Assembly (NCBI RefSeq): GCF_026571515.1
Contig: NW_026859932.1
Location: 186,001-245,795, forward strand
Length of the DNA: 59,795 nt
Reading direction: 5' to 3'
From: Ruditapes philippinarum
Taxonomy: Eukaryota
Under the pieces are notes generated by a model. The model was not told the DNA's origin, made no database searches, and saw nothing but the letters and a program-made list of their open reading frames with translations. Every line of letters begins with the position of its first letter. The stretch's first letter is position 1. The translations under genes were made by a program, and so were the position numbers. Of this stretch, positions 1 to 11,700 are shown one piece after another.

Positions 1-320
1 ACTTGTATTGATTTGTTTACTATTGATTAGAATTAAAAGCTAAATCTCAAGATATATGGTGTTTAGGTGTCTAATATTTTATGTATATTTTTTTATCTGA
101 GATAGGAAATATTAATTTCGAGCGGCATTGATATCAAACTATCTTATAGTCTTGTTCGCAGTTAAACATAAGTCATTATTCAACTTATAGTAATAAATCT
201 TGTTTTTATTATCATAGTTATTTCTTCAAACCTCGTTTCGAGAGGACGGGAAATAATACATTATTTTTATGTTTAGTTAATACAAATTTTATTTTAGTTC
301 GATTGTGTTGGCAGCTATAA

Positions 321-494
321 GGTTATTACAACACTCTAGAATCCGTTCCTGGAACCAACCAGTACTAAGCAATGAATGTAAAGTATCTTGCTCAAGGAAC
401 CAACGGCTTGCCCCTGACAGGGTTTGAACCCACACCGTAACCAATCCTTTGATTACTAGTCCGACGCGTTAACCACTCGTCCACGCCGTCACCT
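321..494 (-). mobile_element. tRNA-derived CORE-type SINE
   Basis: The reverse complement reads A-box-like TGGACGAGTGG, B-box-like GGTTCAAACC, then CCTTGAGCAAGATACTTTAC (resembles the CORE domain) and a 3' tail. Confidence 0.8.
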
Positions 495-2396
495 ACTTCT
501 TATGATTAATTCTCTTATAGGGGCTTCAGATGTCGAAAGTCTAAAAAAGTGTTAACCTTTCCAAAATAAGCATTTACAATTTTATGGTTGTTTTAAAAGA
601 TAAGTCTACATAGTAAGAAATATCATATTCTTGTATTACATGTTTATTTACGTACACGTATGTAGTGAAAGGAGTACTAGAATAGAGTCGTCTGTATAAA
701 TATTGGTTTAAGACATCCTTTGGACCAAAAGGCTTTATTAGCGTTCTAACATGCGCATAGAAACATGCTGGGATATTTTAGCTACAGCTAAAAGACGTCA
801 TAATTGATGTCAATGATGGTGTCTAAATCCATTTCGCATCAATTGATCATTCATTTCAATTTCCGTGTGTTTAACAAAGAAACGAAATATCAACGTGACA
901 ATTGTTCATTGGTTTCAAATAACATGCGTGAATAAATTGTAAGGAACCCTTTTACCAGCTTCGAAAAGTTGAGTTTTGTCCGTTATAATTGATTCTATTT
1001 TTTACGAATTTATACTTCATACTGTTTTGTCACGCAATAGTTGATGTCATGAATTCATATGCCTTTGAGAATATTCATTTTCTCTTATTTAGTAATGTGG
1101 AAATAACTGATTGTCTTTCCATGTTAAATAAAACGAAGATCAATTGAGACTTGTAAAAAATTTCAAATTGTAGAAGAGAGGAAGGACATGCTTTAAATAA
1201 AGAATTCAAATTTCTAATAAAAAATATTAAAACAAAGTATAGAAATAACTGAAAGCAACTTAGTTTAACTTTCTTAAAGCTTTTATGATACGATGGTATG
1301 ATGTTTCGATTACAACATTGTCAAAAAAAAAGGTTTTCTCCCATCTCGTGTTGCATTCAGATTTTTTAGCAAACAATAAAGTAAGTAAAAAATATTAAAA
1401 CCTTAAAGGTTTTGATAATGTTCACTTTCTATTTTAACATTGGACGGTGGGGAAGTAAAGAAAGGAAAGCAACCCAATGGTTCAAATCTTTGTACCCCTT
1501 TCTGTACTTACAAGTTTGACATTCTGACCTGTTTTCCTTTTTTCATTATTATTATTTTGTATCAGGAAATAAGAACTTTACATGAGATTTTGTAAATAAA
1601 TATAAGTGTTGTCTCTTAGGATCAATGATACAAGAATGAAACAAGTAATACAATCAACGTAAAATGCTGATAACTTTTTATAGTATTCAGTGATTAAATG
1701 TTTTACTACCTCAAAGAAATACATGGTGAACACGGAACTTCATGCTGTGCTCGGTGAACAGAAAATATCAATTTTTGTAAACCATTTAGTAAATAATAAA
1801 AATGATTGTATTCTTTCTATTTATTATGCCAATATTGCTTATACAGACAATAGAAAAGCCAAAACATATGACTTTAATAATATCCTCGCTATAATAGTAT
1901 AATAAATGTAAAGTAATATTTAGTCAGAGTCGAGATATAAACATAAATTGGATATCATATTAAAAATGCAGTTTTGTGAAAGGAATATATATCAATAATA
2001 TTTTTGAAATCTACATCAAATAATGTCAATATTAGCATTTTCCTCTGAATAGGGCCTCATGTCAAAATTAAATAATTTCATAAAGCGAAGACATAAAGCT
2101 AAGATCTGAAAGACACTTGAGTGTCACAATCTCTAACATTATCTTACGTGAAATTAAATAACTAAGGCTTTGGAGTAATTGATCTCCTGTTTTAAGAAGA
2201 AAAAAATCTCAAACAATTACATACAAGCAATGCTATGTACACACTCATATCTGCTTTAACTTCGATATCTAACAACAAATATAAACTTTAAATATCTCGG
2301 AGGTACGTTAAAAAAGCTCTAAAACAAACTTGTCTGCATTTTATGTAAAACGACAAGATATACATAACCCATTGCTTGACTAATTAAATGATATTT

Positions 2397-2465
2397 TATT
2401 GTTTGTTTGTTTTTTGTTTGGGTTAAACGGCACATAATGACACATAACTGGCCACATCGCACCAA
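2397..2465 (-). mobile_element. Decayed SINE 3' tail fragment (copies at ~10,588, ~19,620, ~32,520)
   Basis: GTTT repeats followed by GGGTTAAACGGCAC...GACACA...GGCCACATCGC, resembling the tail of the fuller SINE at 46,183. Confidence 0.5.
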
Positions 2466-2799
2466 TAACATTAAATGGTAAATACAAGGGTATAAAATGA
2501 GTTAGTGAAATCAGAAAAACACAGATTCATTTCTTTTACCTAGTCAATCAATGTTTTGGAAGAAACTGAGTAAAAAAAAAACATTTGGAGGTGAATTTAC
2601 TCGGTCCTATCACAAACCTGTGCAAGATCATGACATTTAAGGAGAAATGTTTGACACTGAATTTTTCATTGAAATCTATACAAAAATGAGCACCATTGCC
2701 TGTTAATAGATGAGATTATGTAACTCTAGTGTGTCCTATTCGACATCTAAGGAAACCATCTGGTCATTACGGTTTAGAAAAAATAGAGATAGCGACACG

Positions 2800-3110
2800 T
2801 TAAGGCAGGAATATTATTGATTACAAGAAAAGGAATCTTATTATTTGTGAGATTATTTAGTATCAGGTCAATGTAAAATCATTGTCAGATCAATAAACTG
2901 ATGTTCCTAATCTGTTTTGAGTCCTTAGGTCAATGGCTAAAGTGAGCTGTGACACATGATAGGAAATTATGAAATAATCTATAACTGGAAACGGGATAAA
3001 CCAGTTTTAATGTTACCTGGGAGGGACGTTGCTAATTAGAAACAAATGGGACCTATTTCTTTTTGGTCCTTAGGTTAATTGTCAATGTCACAATAGCCAT
3101 GAATGTAAAA
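2800..3110. mobile_element. Heavily decayed Helentron-associated satellite-like fragment (copies at ~11,020-11,310 and ~26,830-27,100)
   Basis: Two loosely repeated CCTA..TTTTG..GTCCTTAGGT(C/T)AAT..TGTGAC/GTCAC units, resembling 29,690-30,030. Confidence 0.35.
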
Positions 3111-5863
3111 TAATTGTTCGTTAAATAACTTAAGTCAAGACATTTTAATGAAACGCGACATTAATACACAAACCCTTAATAATTGCTTTGCCTTGTGCTT
3201 ATGATCAAATGGTCTCTCTTTCCATATATTTAATACTGCAAACAATAAGCGCTGTTGTCTTCGCATCGTTTCATAACACTTAGTGACATGCCCTATTAAA
3301 GCCTCTACATAAGGTGACAAAATCGATGAAGAACACTTTACTCATTTTATTTTGAAATCCGAACATGCTGATAACCTATTAGAGTCGTTATTACAAATGC
3401 TGGTATACGCTTTGAAACCAATGCAGCTACCAGTTTCAATTTCCTGTTGTATAATTATCAACACTGTATTTGACAAACAAAAAATAGAAATGACAATCGC
3501 ATTTATATTTCTTCATATTGTATTCTTTTCCCTAAAAGACACAATAGTAATTAGCTAATGGTTACGTCATTAACATACTCAATAAAGTTGTTCTTTAAAA
3601 AGAATTTGACCCGATCTGTCTCAAATTCAGATATTTGTTGTCTTTTGTTGTTTTTTGTCTGAATATTTGTTTCTATTTCGATTATTTTCTCAGTTACTTC
3701 TGATATACCAAATCAATTAATAAGCAGTCGTAAACTAGTATAAAAAAGAGCGGATTATATATTTTCAAGAGATTCCCAATCAATTCGATAACTTAAATGA
3801 CATTTTATATACATGTAGATATATATATTAATTCTGCAAGACGGTTAACTCACTTATTGTAACTTAACTTTGACATTTCCATTGCTTTTAAAAATTCATT
3901 TGCTCTGAGGGATTAGAATTTAGACGTTTGCTCATTTCAATAAACATTGCCGACACTGTTCTGAATATAAATTAGAAAGAAGAAACGTTTATTCCAATGA
4001 AGAGACAAGTTAGATCTTGTTTAACATCGCACTTAGTTTCTCGTCAATTTTCATTAAGAAATATTGAAGAAAATATTAAAGAAAACACGCCCCGGAGGTT
4101 CAATAACGCCGCAATGCTCTGCACGCAAAATATATTGTTTAGTTTTAATTTCAATCAAACACGGGCTAGTTCTAGAGAACAATGTTTGCAGTATATAGCA
4201 AATCAGGATACATGAGGTATATTTCTGTAATTAATGAGAAAATATCACCAAAAAGTCGTGCATTCAATGCAGATATCATGATTGCAAATGAATAAACAAA
4301 AAGTTTCAACTCATAACAAAAAGGACAATCATGATTTATGTTTTGTATTTAATTTCTAAAACATGAAATTGTTAACTTGACCTCAGTATAGTGAGCGCAT
4401 ACTTTAAATACATATATTAGTATTTTTATATTCTTTACATCATTTAAACTAGGCAATGAAAGATATTCTATTTTGAATACGACGGCAAAGCACACCATGC
4501 TGAATTTGATCAGCAAAGCAAGTTGAACAAAATCAAGGGTATTACACGTCCAAACATAACATCTTCAAGTAAAAGTAGAGACTTAATATAGCATCTGTCG
4601 TCAAAGTTGCAAGTCAACAATAAATTTCTGGTGTAATGCAGTGTAACTAAGTTATTATTCGTTATTTATCGAGGATAAAAGTACTTTATAAGATTATTTT
4701 GAATCAAGGCTCTGTTTGTTCTTAATATAAAAAAGGGACTAAATCTAAAACAATCGACCTGATCAACGCGTTATATAGAATTTGTTTGGTTCGATAATGA
4801 AACAAGAAATCAACTTGAATAAAAAAAAGCCTGATGCAGATTTCTAATAATATATTACAAAAAATATAAATTTACGAAACACAAAACAGTTTCGTATCTA
4901 ATTTAACATTTAATCGCATTTATCCATTTCAGAATGGAAAGGTAAACTTAAAAAATCATTGGTCTGGTATTAATATATTTTTAGTGTTGTAACTTTCCAA
5001 ATAAGTGTTACTGTTATTGTATGGTTGTTTTAAAAAATAAGTTTACATAGTATGGGATATAATATTCTTGTGTTTATATAGTGTCAGTCATACAGCAATT
5101 GAGAAGTCTGTTTAAATATTGGTTTAATTTCTGAAGAAACAAAATCAGTTTTCTTACATGCTCACATGAAAACGTGTTTATTATGTCGGATATATGAAAC
5201 CGAGGCTAAAACATTGTTATATATAATCATTCATTTCATGCTACTACGTGTTAAAAATAGAAACGGAATAAAAACGTAATAGAAACGGAATAAAAACGTG
5301 ATAATTATTCAATGTTTTCAAAACAATAAATACAATCTGTTTTATTTTCTAATAACATGCTTGCGTGAACAGTGAGAAAGCATTTTAGCAGCATCATAGA
5401 GTAAAGATTGAATTTCACTGCGGAGTTTTGTCCTTTTTCATTGACTCCAATGATTCACGAAATGCTGTTTGATACATTCTTCTCACGCGATATTGGATGT
5501 CATGAATATAGAAATATGAAAGACCTTTGAGGATACTCACTTTTTGTTAATTAATAATATTAAAATAAATGATTGTCCGAGTTAAAAATTGAGTCGTGTT
5601 AATAATTTCAAAAAGGTAGAAAGACACGCTTTGCATAAACAATTAACAATCTGTCATATGATAATGATTTTTGATTGAAAAGTCAACTGCGTCGTATCAT
5701 ATTTTATTTTCAACTGCGTCGTATCATTTCGTACAAATTATTATTTTCCTAGCAAATAAACATTTCTTTTTAATGAAATTTTAGTAAATGATGCAAAATG
5801 TTGAAGTTAATGATGTACTCTGAAATGAGTCTATGATTAATTTGAAGGAAAAAACGATGGATT

Positions 5864-6119
5864 AAGCAATCTGCGTCGTATCCACAAAATTTCATAGAAA
5901 TTCTGGCCCGCTTCGAGTTGCAAGTTCGCTATAACTTTTGTTATACAAAATAGTTGTGCAAGCTACATATACCGAACGAAGCGGAAAATAGTGGAGCGTG
6001 TTAATATATATATTTGGTTGTCAGTAATTTCCAACAAAAAGAGTTATTAACAAAAACATACCTTTCTCGTTCCAAAATGGCGGCGTTTACATTTTGAAGG
6101 ATACGACGCAGTTTTGATT
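5864..6119. mobile_element. MITE-like element with imperfect terminal inverted repeats
   Basis: CTGCGTCGTATCC (5871-5883) and GGATACGACGCAG (6099-6111) form a perfect 13-bp inverted core with flanking CAAAAT/ATTTTG. Extra core copies lie at 5684-5700 and 5711-5727. Confidence 0.65.
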
Positions 6120-6175
6120 CCCAGCCCTGATATTGGGAAATGTGCAAAATGCCATATAAGTCTGCATAAAATATA

Positions 6176-7070
6176 ATAAAGTTTCCTTTTAAAAGGAAAG
6201 GCTTGCACATTTGTGCCTTCATCCCAACCCTTTAAAATTGTGTGTTTTTTTGGTCTCAATTTATTATCACATTTTTTTTTTGAATTACGGTATTTGTATA
6301 TCATAAAGGGTTTAGTTGGATTTTTTTTTTGGAAAACCGAATTTTTTTTTGTCAAAACGATTTGAAATCTATTCTCTATTGTATAAAACTAATAAAGAAA
6401 ATGATCAATCGTAAAAATACTAACGTGATACTGAAGAGCTACAGTAATGTGTACACATAGTGTGCACATTTCATTTCCCCTTTTTCGCAGCGAAATCATT
6501 CCTTTGCTTTATAGACAAGTAAATGCACTAAAATACTTCGTTTCGTGGTACCAATTAATAAGCATGTATCAACTATGTTACACGATCACAAATAGACGAT
6601 ATCAGCACCAAACTCCTCACAGCTGTTACGTCACGCTTTGCTACTTTAACTGTACAGATCAGGGGAAGTAACCGCTGCGAGTAGTGGGAAGGTTAATGAT
6701 ATGTATGGGCTATTTTTAGATTACCTCACCATTACGGTTTAAACCGATAAATCAAGTAAAAATAGAAATCCTATTTATATAAACAAACTGGGATTACCGA
6801 AGTAACTAAAATAGCTTAGATTTCCGTAATATTACTTCGTCTGATTCCGCAGTATGACGGAATCGCCCGAATTGTCACGATTGCAATCGGAACTACATCG
6901 GCTATTATCATTAATCCGAAGAGTGACGGAAAAGGCCGAAAAGTTGCGATTGGCACAATTGGAGCTGGTTTCCCGTGTAATCATGCACCAACAGATGTAA
7001 GCAGGAAACCACCTAACCGGAACAAGTTTTCCATATGAAATGGCTTGCAGCCGTGGCTGCAAGCCAAAAA
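6176..7070 (-). mobile_element. Non-autonomous Helentron-type (HINE-like) insertion, ~0.9 kb
   Basis: Absent from the paralogous sites at ~31,040 and ~14,610. Perfect 12-bp stem TGGCTTGCAGCC-GT-GGCTGCAAGCCA at 7041-7066. A matching subterminal GGCTTGCA (6200-6207) sits next to the palindrome TTTCCTTTTAAAAGGAAA (6182-6199). Ends are A/T runs. Confidence 0.7.
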
Positions 7071-8620
7071 TACTGCCCCCACTTTCTTAATTAATTAAAC
7101 TTCACAGGTAAATTCTGGCGGATATTTACATAAAATTACCTAGGCCACTTGAGTTATCTTTCAAGGGAAGTAAATTATAAATTGAAAGGAATTCTGTCAA
7201 AATGTTAATTTATTTTTAAGTTGAACAACCTTTCCATTAAAACTATTTATATTCTCAATATCGATGTAAATAACTGAAAATAACAGACGTTCACATTTTG
7301 GTCTAAATGAGGCATCTATACAAGTTTAAACAAGTGAAAGATGTACATGAAAAAGTGTCAGAAAGATCAATCTAACGTTTTTCCTTAATCATCAATACGG
7401 TATATTCGACAGACAAATGCTATATAGATATGTTTAAAGTAAGAGAAATATTTCTTTAGATGTCTCCCATTCTTTTTGAAAAAGAAAGTGATATGATGTC
7501 ACCCATTCCTTTTGAGATAAGATAGCAATAAGAAAGTAGATTTGTCATGAAAACGACTTAAGAGAATGTTAATGGTACACATTCATTTAAATCATAATAA
7601 GTTAAGATCCTAACTACTGCACCACACTTATAAGATAGGCCTTCAAATTAAGATGATTCTTTTTTTCTTTTTTTTAATAATTGTTTCTTTTTCGATTTTT
7701 GCTTTTTATTATGTCGGTTTCTCCAAATTTATCGAAACATATAATAAGCAGTCTTATTATCGCATAAAACAGGACATAATATATATTGGTTGCTTTGAAG
7801 ATTCCTAGTCAATTCATTTAGTTTTATGACATTTCAAATAGAAATAGAAATTAATTCTTTTAGACGTTTTCCTCTTTACTCATAGCTAAACGTTCGCATT
7901 TCCTTTGTTTTATTCCTTTAGTTTGCTCTGTGGGTGATAGTGCACCTGATAGTGCCATTTTCTGTAAATAATTGTTTTTGACGTCATCAATAAATTAGTA
8001 ATGTAATATAATGCGCTTCCCTCTTACTCCTTGTTTATCCAAGAATAATTTTAAAACAAGTGTAAATAGGTTTTGTTTGTATTTCAGTTTGATAAAACAC
8101 TGTAATTAATCAGATCAATGAGCGACATGTATCTTTGACAACAATACATAATATAGAATTTGTTAGGTTTAATTCGTGAAAGTTAGAAGTCAACGGGAAT
8201 AAAGTAAAGGTCAATGCACAGCCTTAGTATTACACACAAAGAATCACATCTACGGTTATTTAGGAATGGAACTATAAAGTTAAAAAGGTTGTTGGTCTGG
8301 ACTTGTATTGATTTGTTTACTATTGATTAGAATTAAAAGCTAAATCTCAAGATATATGGTGTTTAGGTGTCTAATATTTTATGTATATTTTTTTATCTGA
8401 GATAGGAAATATTAATTTCGAGCGGCATTGATATCAAACTATCTTATAGTCTTGTTCGCAGTTAAACATAAGTCATTATTCAACTTATAGTAATAAATCT
8501 TGTTTTTATTATCATAGTTATTTCTTCAAACCTCGTTTCGAGAGGACGGGAAATTGTACATTATTTTTATGTTTAGTTTATACAAATTTTATTTTAGTTC
8601 GATTGTGTTGGAAGCTATAA

Positions 8621-8740
8621 GGTTATTACAACACTCTAGAATCCGTTCCTGGAACCAACCAGTACTAAGCAGAACCCACACCGTGTCCAATCCTTAGATT
8701 ACTAGTCCGACGCGTTAACCACTCGGCCACGCCGTCACCT
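8621..8740 (-). mobile_element. Duplicate of the CORE-type SINE with a 54-bp internal deletion
   Basis: Same flanks as 321-494; lacks the equivalent of 372-425. Confidence 0.8.
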
Positions 8741-11700
8741 ACTTCTTATGATTAATTCTCTTACAGGGGCTTCGAATGTCGAAAGTCTAAAAAAAGTGTT
8801 AACCTTTCCAAAATAAGCCTTTACAATTTTATGGTTGTTTTAAAAGATAAGTCTACATAGTAAGAAATATCATATTCTTGTATTACATGTTTATTTACGT
8901 ACATGTATGTAGTGAAAGACGTACTTGAATAGAGTCGTCTGCATAAATATTCGTTTAAGACATCCTTTGAACCAAAAAGCTTTATTAGCGTTCTAACATG
9001 TGCATAGAAACATGCTGGGATATTTTAGCTACAGCTAAAAGACGTCATAATTGATGTCAATGATGGTGTCTAAATCCATTTCGCATCAATTGATCATTCA
9101 CTTTAATTTCCGTGTGTTTAAAAAAGAAACGAAATAAGAACGTGACAATTGTTCATTGGTTTCAAATAACATGCGTGAATGAATTGTAAGGAACCTTTTA
9201 ACCAGCTTCGAAAAGTTGAGTTTTGTCCGTTATAATTTATTCTATTTTTTACGAATTTATACTTCATACTGTTTTATCACGCAATAGTTGATGTCATGAA
9301 TTCATATGCCTTTGAGAATATTCATTTTCTCTTATTTAATTATGTGGAAATAACTGATTGTCTGTCCATGTTAAATAAAACGGAGATCAATTGAGACTTG
9401 TAAATAATTTCAAATTGTAGAAACGGTAGAGGACATGCCTTTAAATAAACATTCAAGTTCCAGTGTCTAATAAAGTATTAAAACAAAGTATAGAAATAAC
9501 TAAAGCAATTTACGTGTAACTTTCTAAATTTTTTATGATATGATGGGTTCGATGTTTCGATACAAATATTTGCAAAACTAATATTTTCCTCCCATCTCAT
9601 ATTGCTTATCAGATTTATAAAGCATACAATAACGTAAGTCAAATGTTAAAACTCAAAAGTTTTTGAAATAAGGTTCACTTTATATTTAACAACTGGACCG
9701 GTGGAACAAGTAAAGAAAAGAAAGCAAGCCAATGGTTTCAAAATGTTTGTACAACATTTCTAATGAAAATAACTGTTTTCCCTTTTCATTTATTACTATT
9801 TGCATCAAGGAAAGAATAACAAAAAGATAGGAGCAAATGAGACAAGAAATGAAACAAGTAATATAATCAACGTTAAATATACCTTTTTATAGTATTCAGT
9901 GAGTTAGAATGTTTGAATACCACACATAAATATTGGTGAACACGGAACATTCAATACTACTGGGTGCTGGTGAAACAGAAAATACTATTTTTGTAAAAAC
10001 TTTTAGTAAATTAAATGATTCTAATCGTTTTAATTCATTATGCCAATAAATATTATGTTTTTTAGCCTGAAACATAATAACTTCAATAATCTCCGCTATT
10101 ATGTATAATTAATGTAAGGTTATATTTAGTCTGAAACGACATATAAACATTAAGTGGATATAATAAGTAACAATGTAGTTTTCTAATATCTTAAAATCTA
10201 CATCAAATAGACGTCAAAAGTAGTCATTTTCCCTCTGGATAGAGCGCAGTCAAATTAAATAATTTCAATAAAGCGAAGATATTAATCTAAGATCTGAAAG
10301 ACATTCGAGTGTCACAATCTTTAACATTATCTGACGTGAACTTAAATAACTAAGACTTAGGAGTAATTGATATCCTGTTTTAAGGAAAAAAAATCTCAAA
10401 CAATTACATACAAGCAATGCTATGCACACACTCATATAATTATGCTTTAACTTCGATATCTAACAACAAGTATAAACTTTAAGTATCTCGGAGGTACATT
10501 AAAAAAGCTCTAAAACAAACTTGTCTGCCTTTTATGTAAAACGACAAGATAAACATAACCCATTGCTTGACTAATTAAATGATATTTTATTGTTTGTTTG
10601 TTTTTTGTTTGGGTTAAACGGCACATACTGACACATAACTGGCCACATCGCGCCAAACACTGTAATTGTTAACACTAAATGGTAAATACAAGGGTATAAA
10701 ATGAGTTAGTAAATCAGAAAACACAGATTCATTTCTTTTACCTAGTCAATCAATGTTTTGGAAGAAACTGAGTAAAAAACATTTGGAGGTGAATTTACTC
10801 GGTCCTATCACAAACCTGTGCAAGATCATGACATTTAAGGAGAAATGTTTGACACTGTAATATTCATTGAAATCTATACAAAAATGAGCACCATTGCCTG
10901 TTAATAGATGAGACTATGTAACTCTAGTGTGTCCTATTCGACATCTAAGGAAACCATCTGGCCATTAAGGTTAAGAAGAAATAGAGATAGCGACACGTTA
11001 AGGCAGGAATATTATTGATTACAAGAAAAGGAATCTTATTATTTGTGAGATTATTTAGTATCAGGTCAATGTAAAATCATTGTCAGATCAATAAACTGAT
11101 GTTCCTAATCTGTTTTGAGTCCTTAGGTCAATGGCTAAAGTGAGCTGTGACACATGATAGGAAATTATGAAATAATCTATAACTGGAAACGGGATAAACC
11201 AGTTTTAATGTTACCTGGGAGGGACGTTGCTAATTAGAAACAAATGGGACCTATTTATTTTTGGTCCTTAGGTTAATTGTCAATGTCACAATAGCCATGA
11301 ATGTAAAATAATTGTTCGTTAAATAACTTAAGTCAAGACATTTTAATGAAACGCGACATTAATACACAAACCCTTAATAATTGCTTTGCCTTGTGCTTAT
11401 GATCAAATGGTCTCTCTTTCCATATATTTAATACTGCAAACAATAAGTGCTGTTGTCTTCGCATCGTTTCATAACACATAGTGACATGCCCTATTAAAGC
11501 CTCTACATAGGGTGACAAAATCGATGAAGAACACTGTACTCATTTTATTTTCCGAACATGCTGATAACCTATTAGAGTCGTTATTAAAAATGCTGGTATA
11601 CGCTTTGAAACCAATGCAGCTACCAGTTTCAATTTCCTGTTGTATAAGTTTCAACACTGTATTTGACAAACAAAAAATAGAAATGACAATCGCATTTATA

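Noticed and set aside
420-494. tRNA genes at A/B-box motifs (also ~33,240-33,312 and ~46,370-46,446)
   Set aside because: They are attached to SINE body domains and tails and lack a complete cloverleaf, so they are SINE heads.
3135-3558. Recurring ORFs over block A (also 11,333-11,751, 27,209-27,400, 30,430-30,700) as a conserved gene family
   Set aside because: The similarity appears in several frames at once. Differences between distant copies were spread evenly over codon positions (about 12/15/14 by hand count), and stops and frameshifts occur in every frame.
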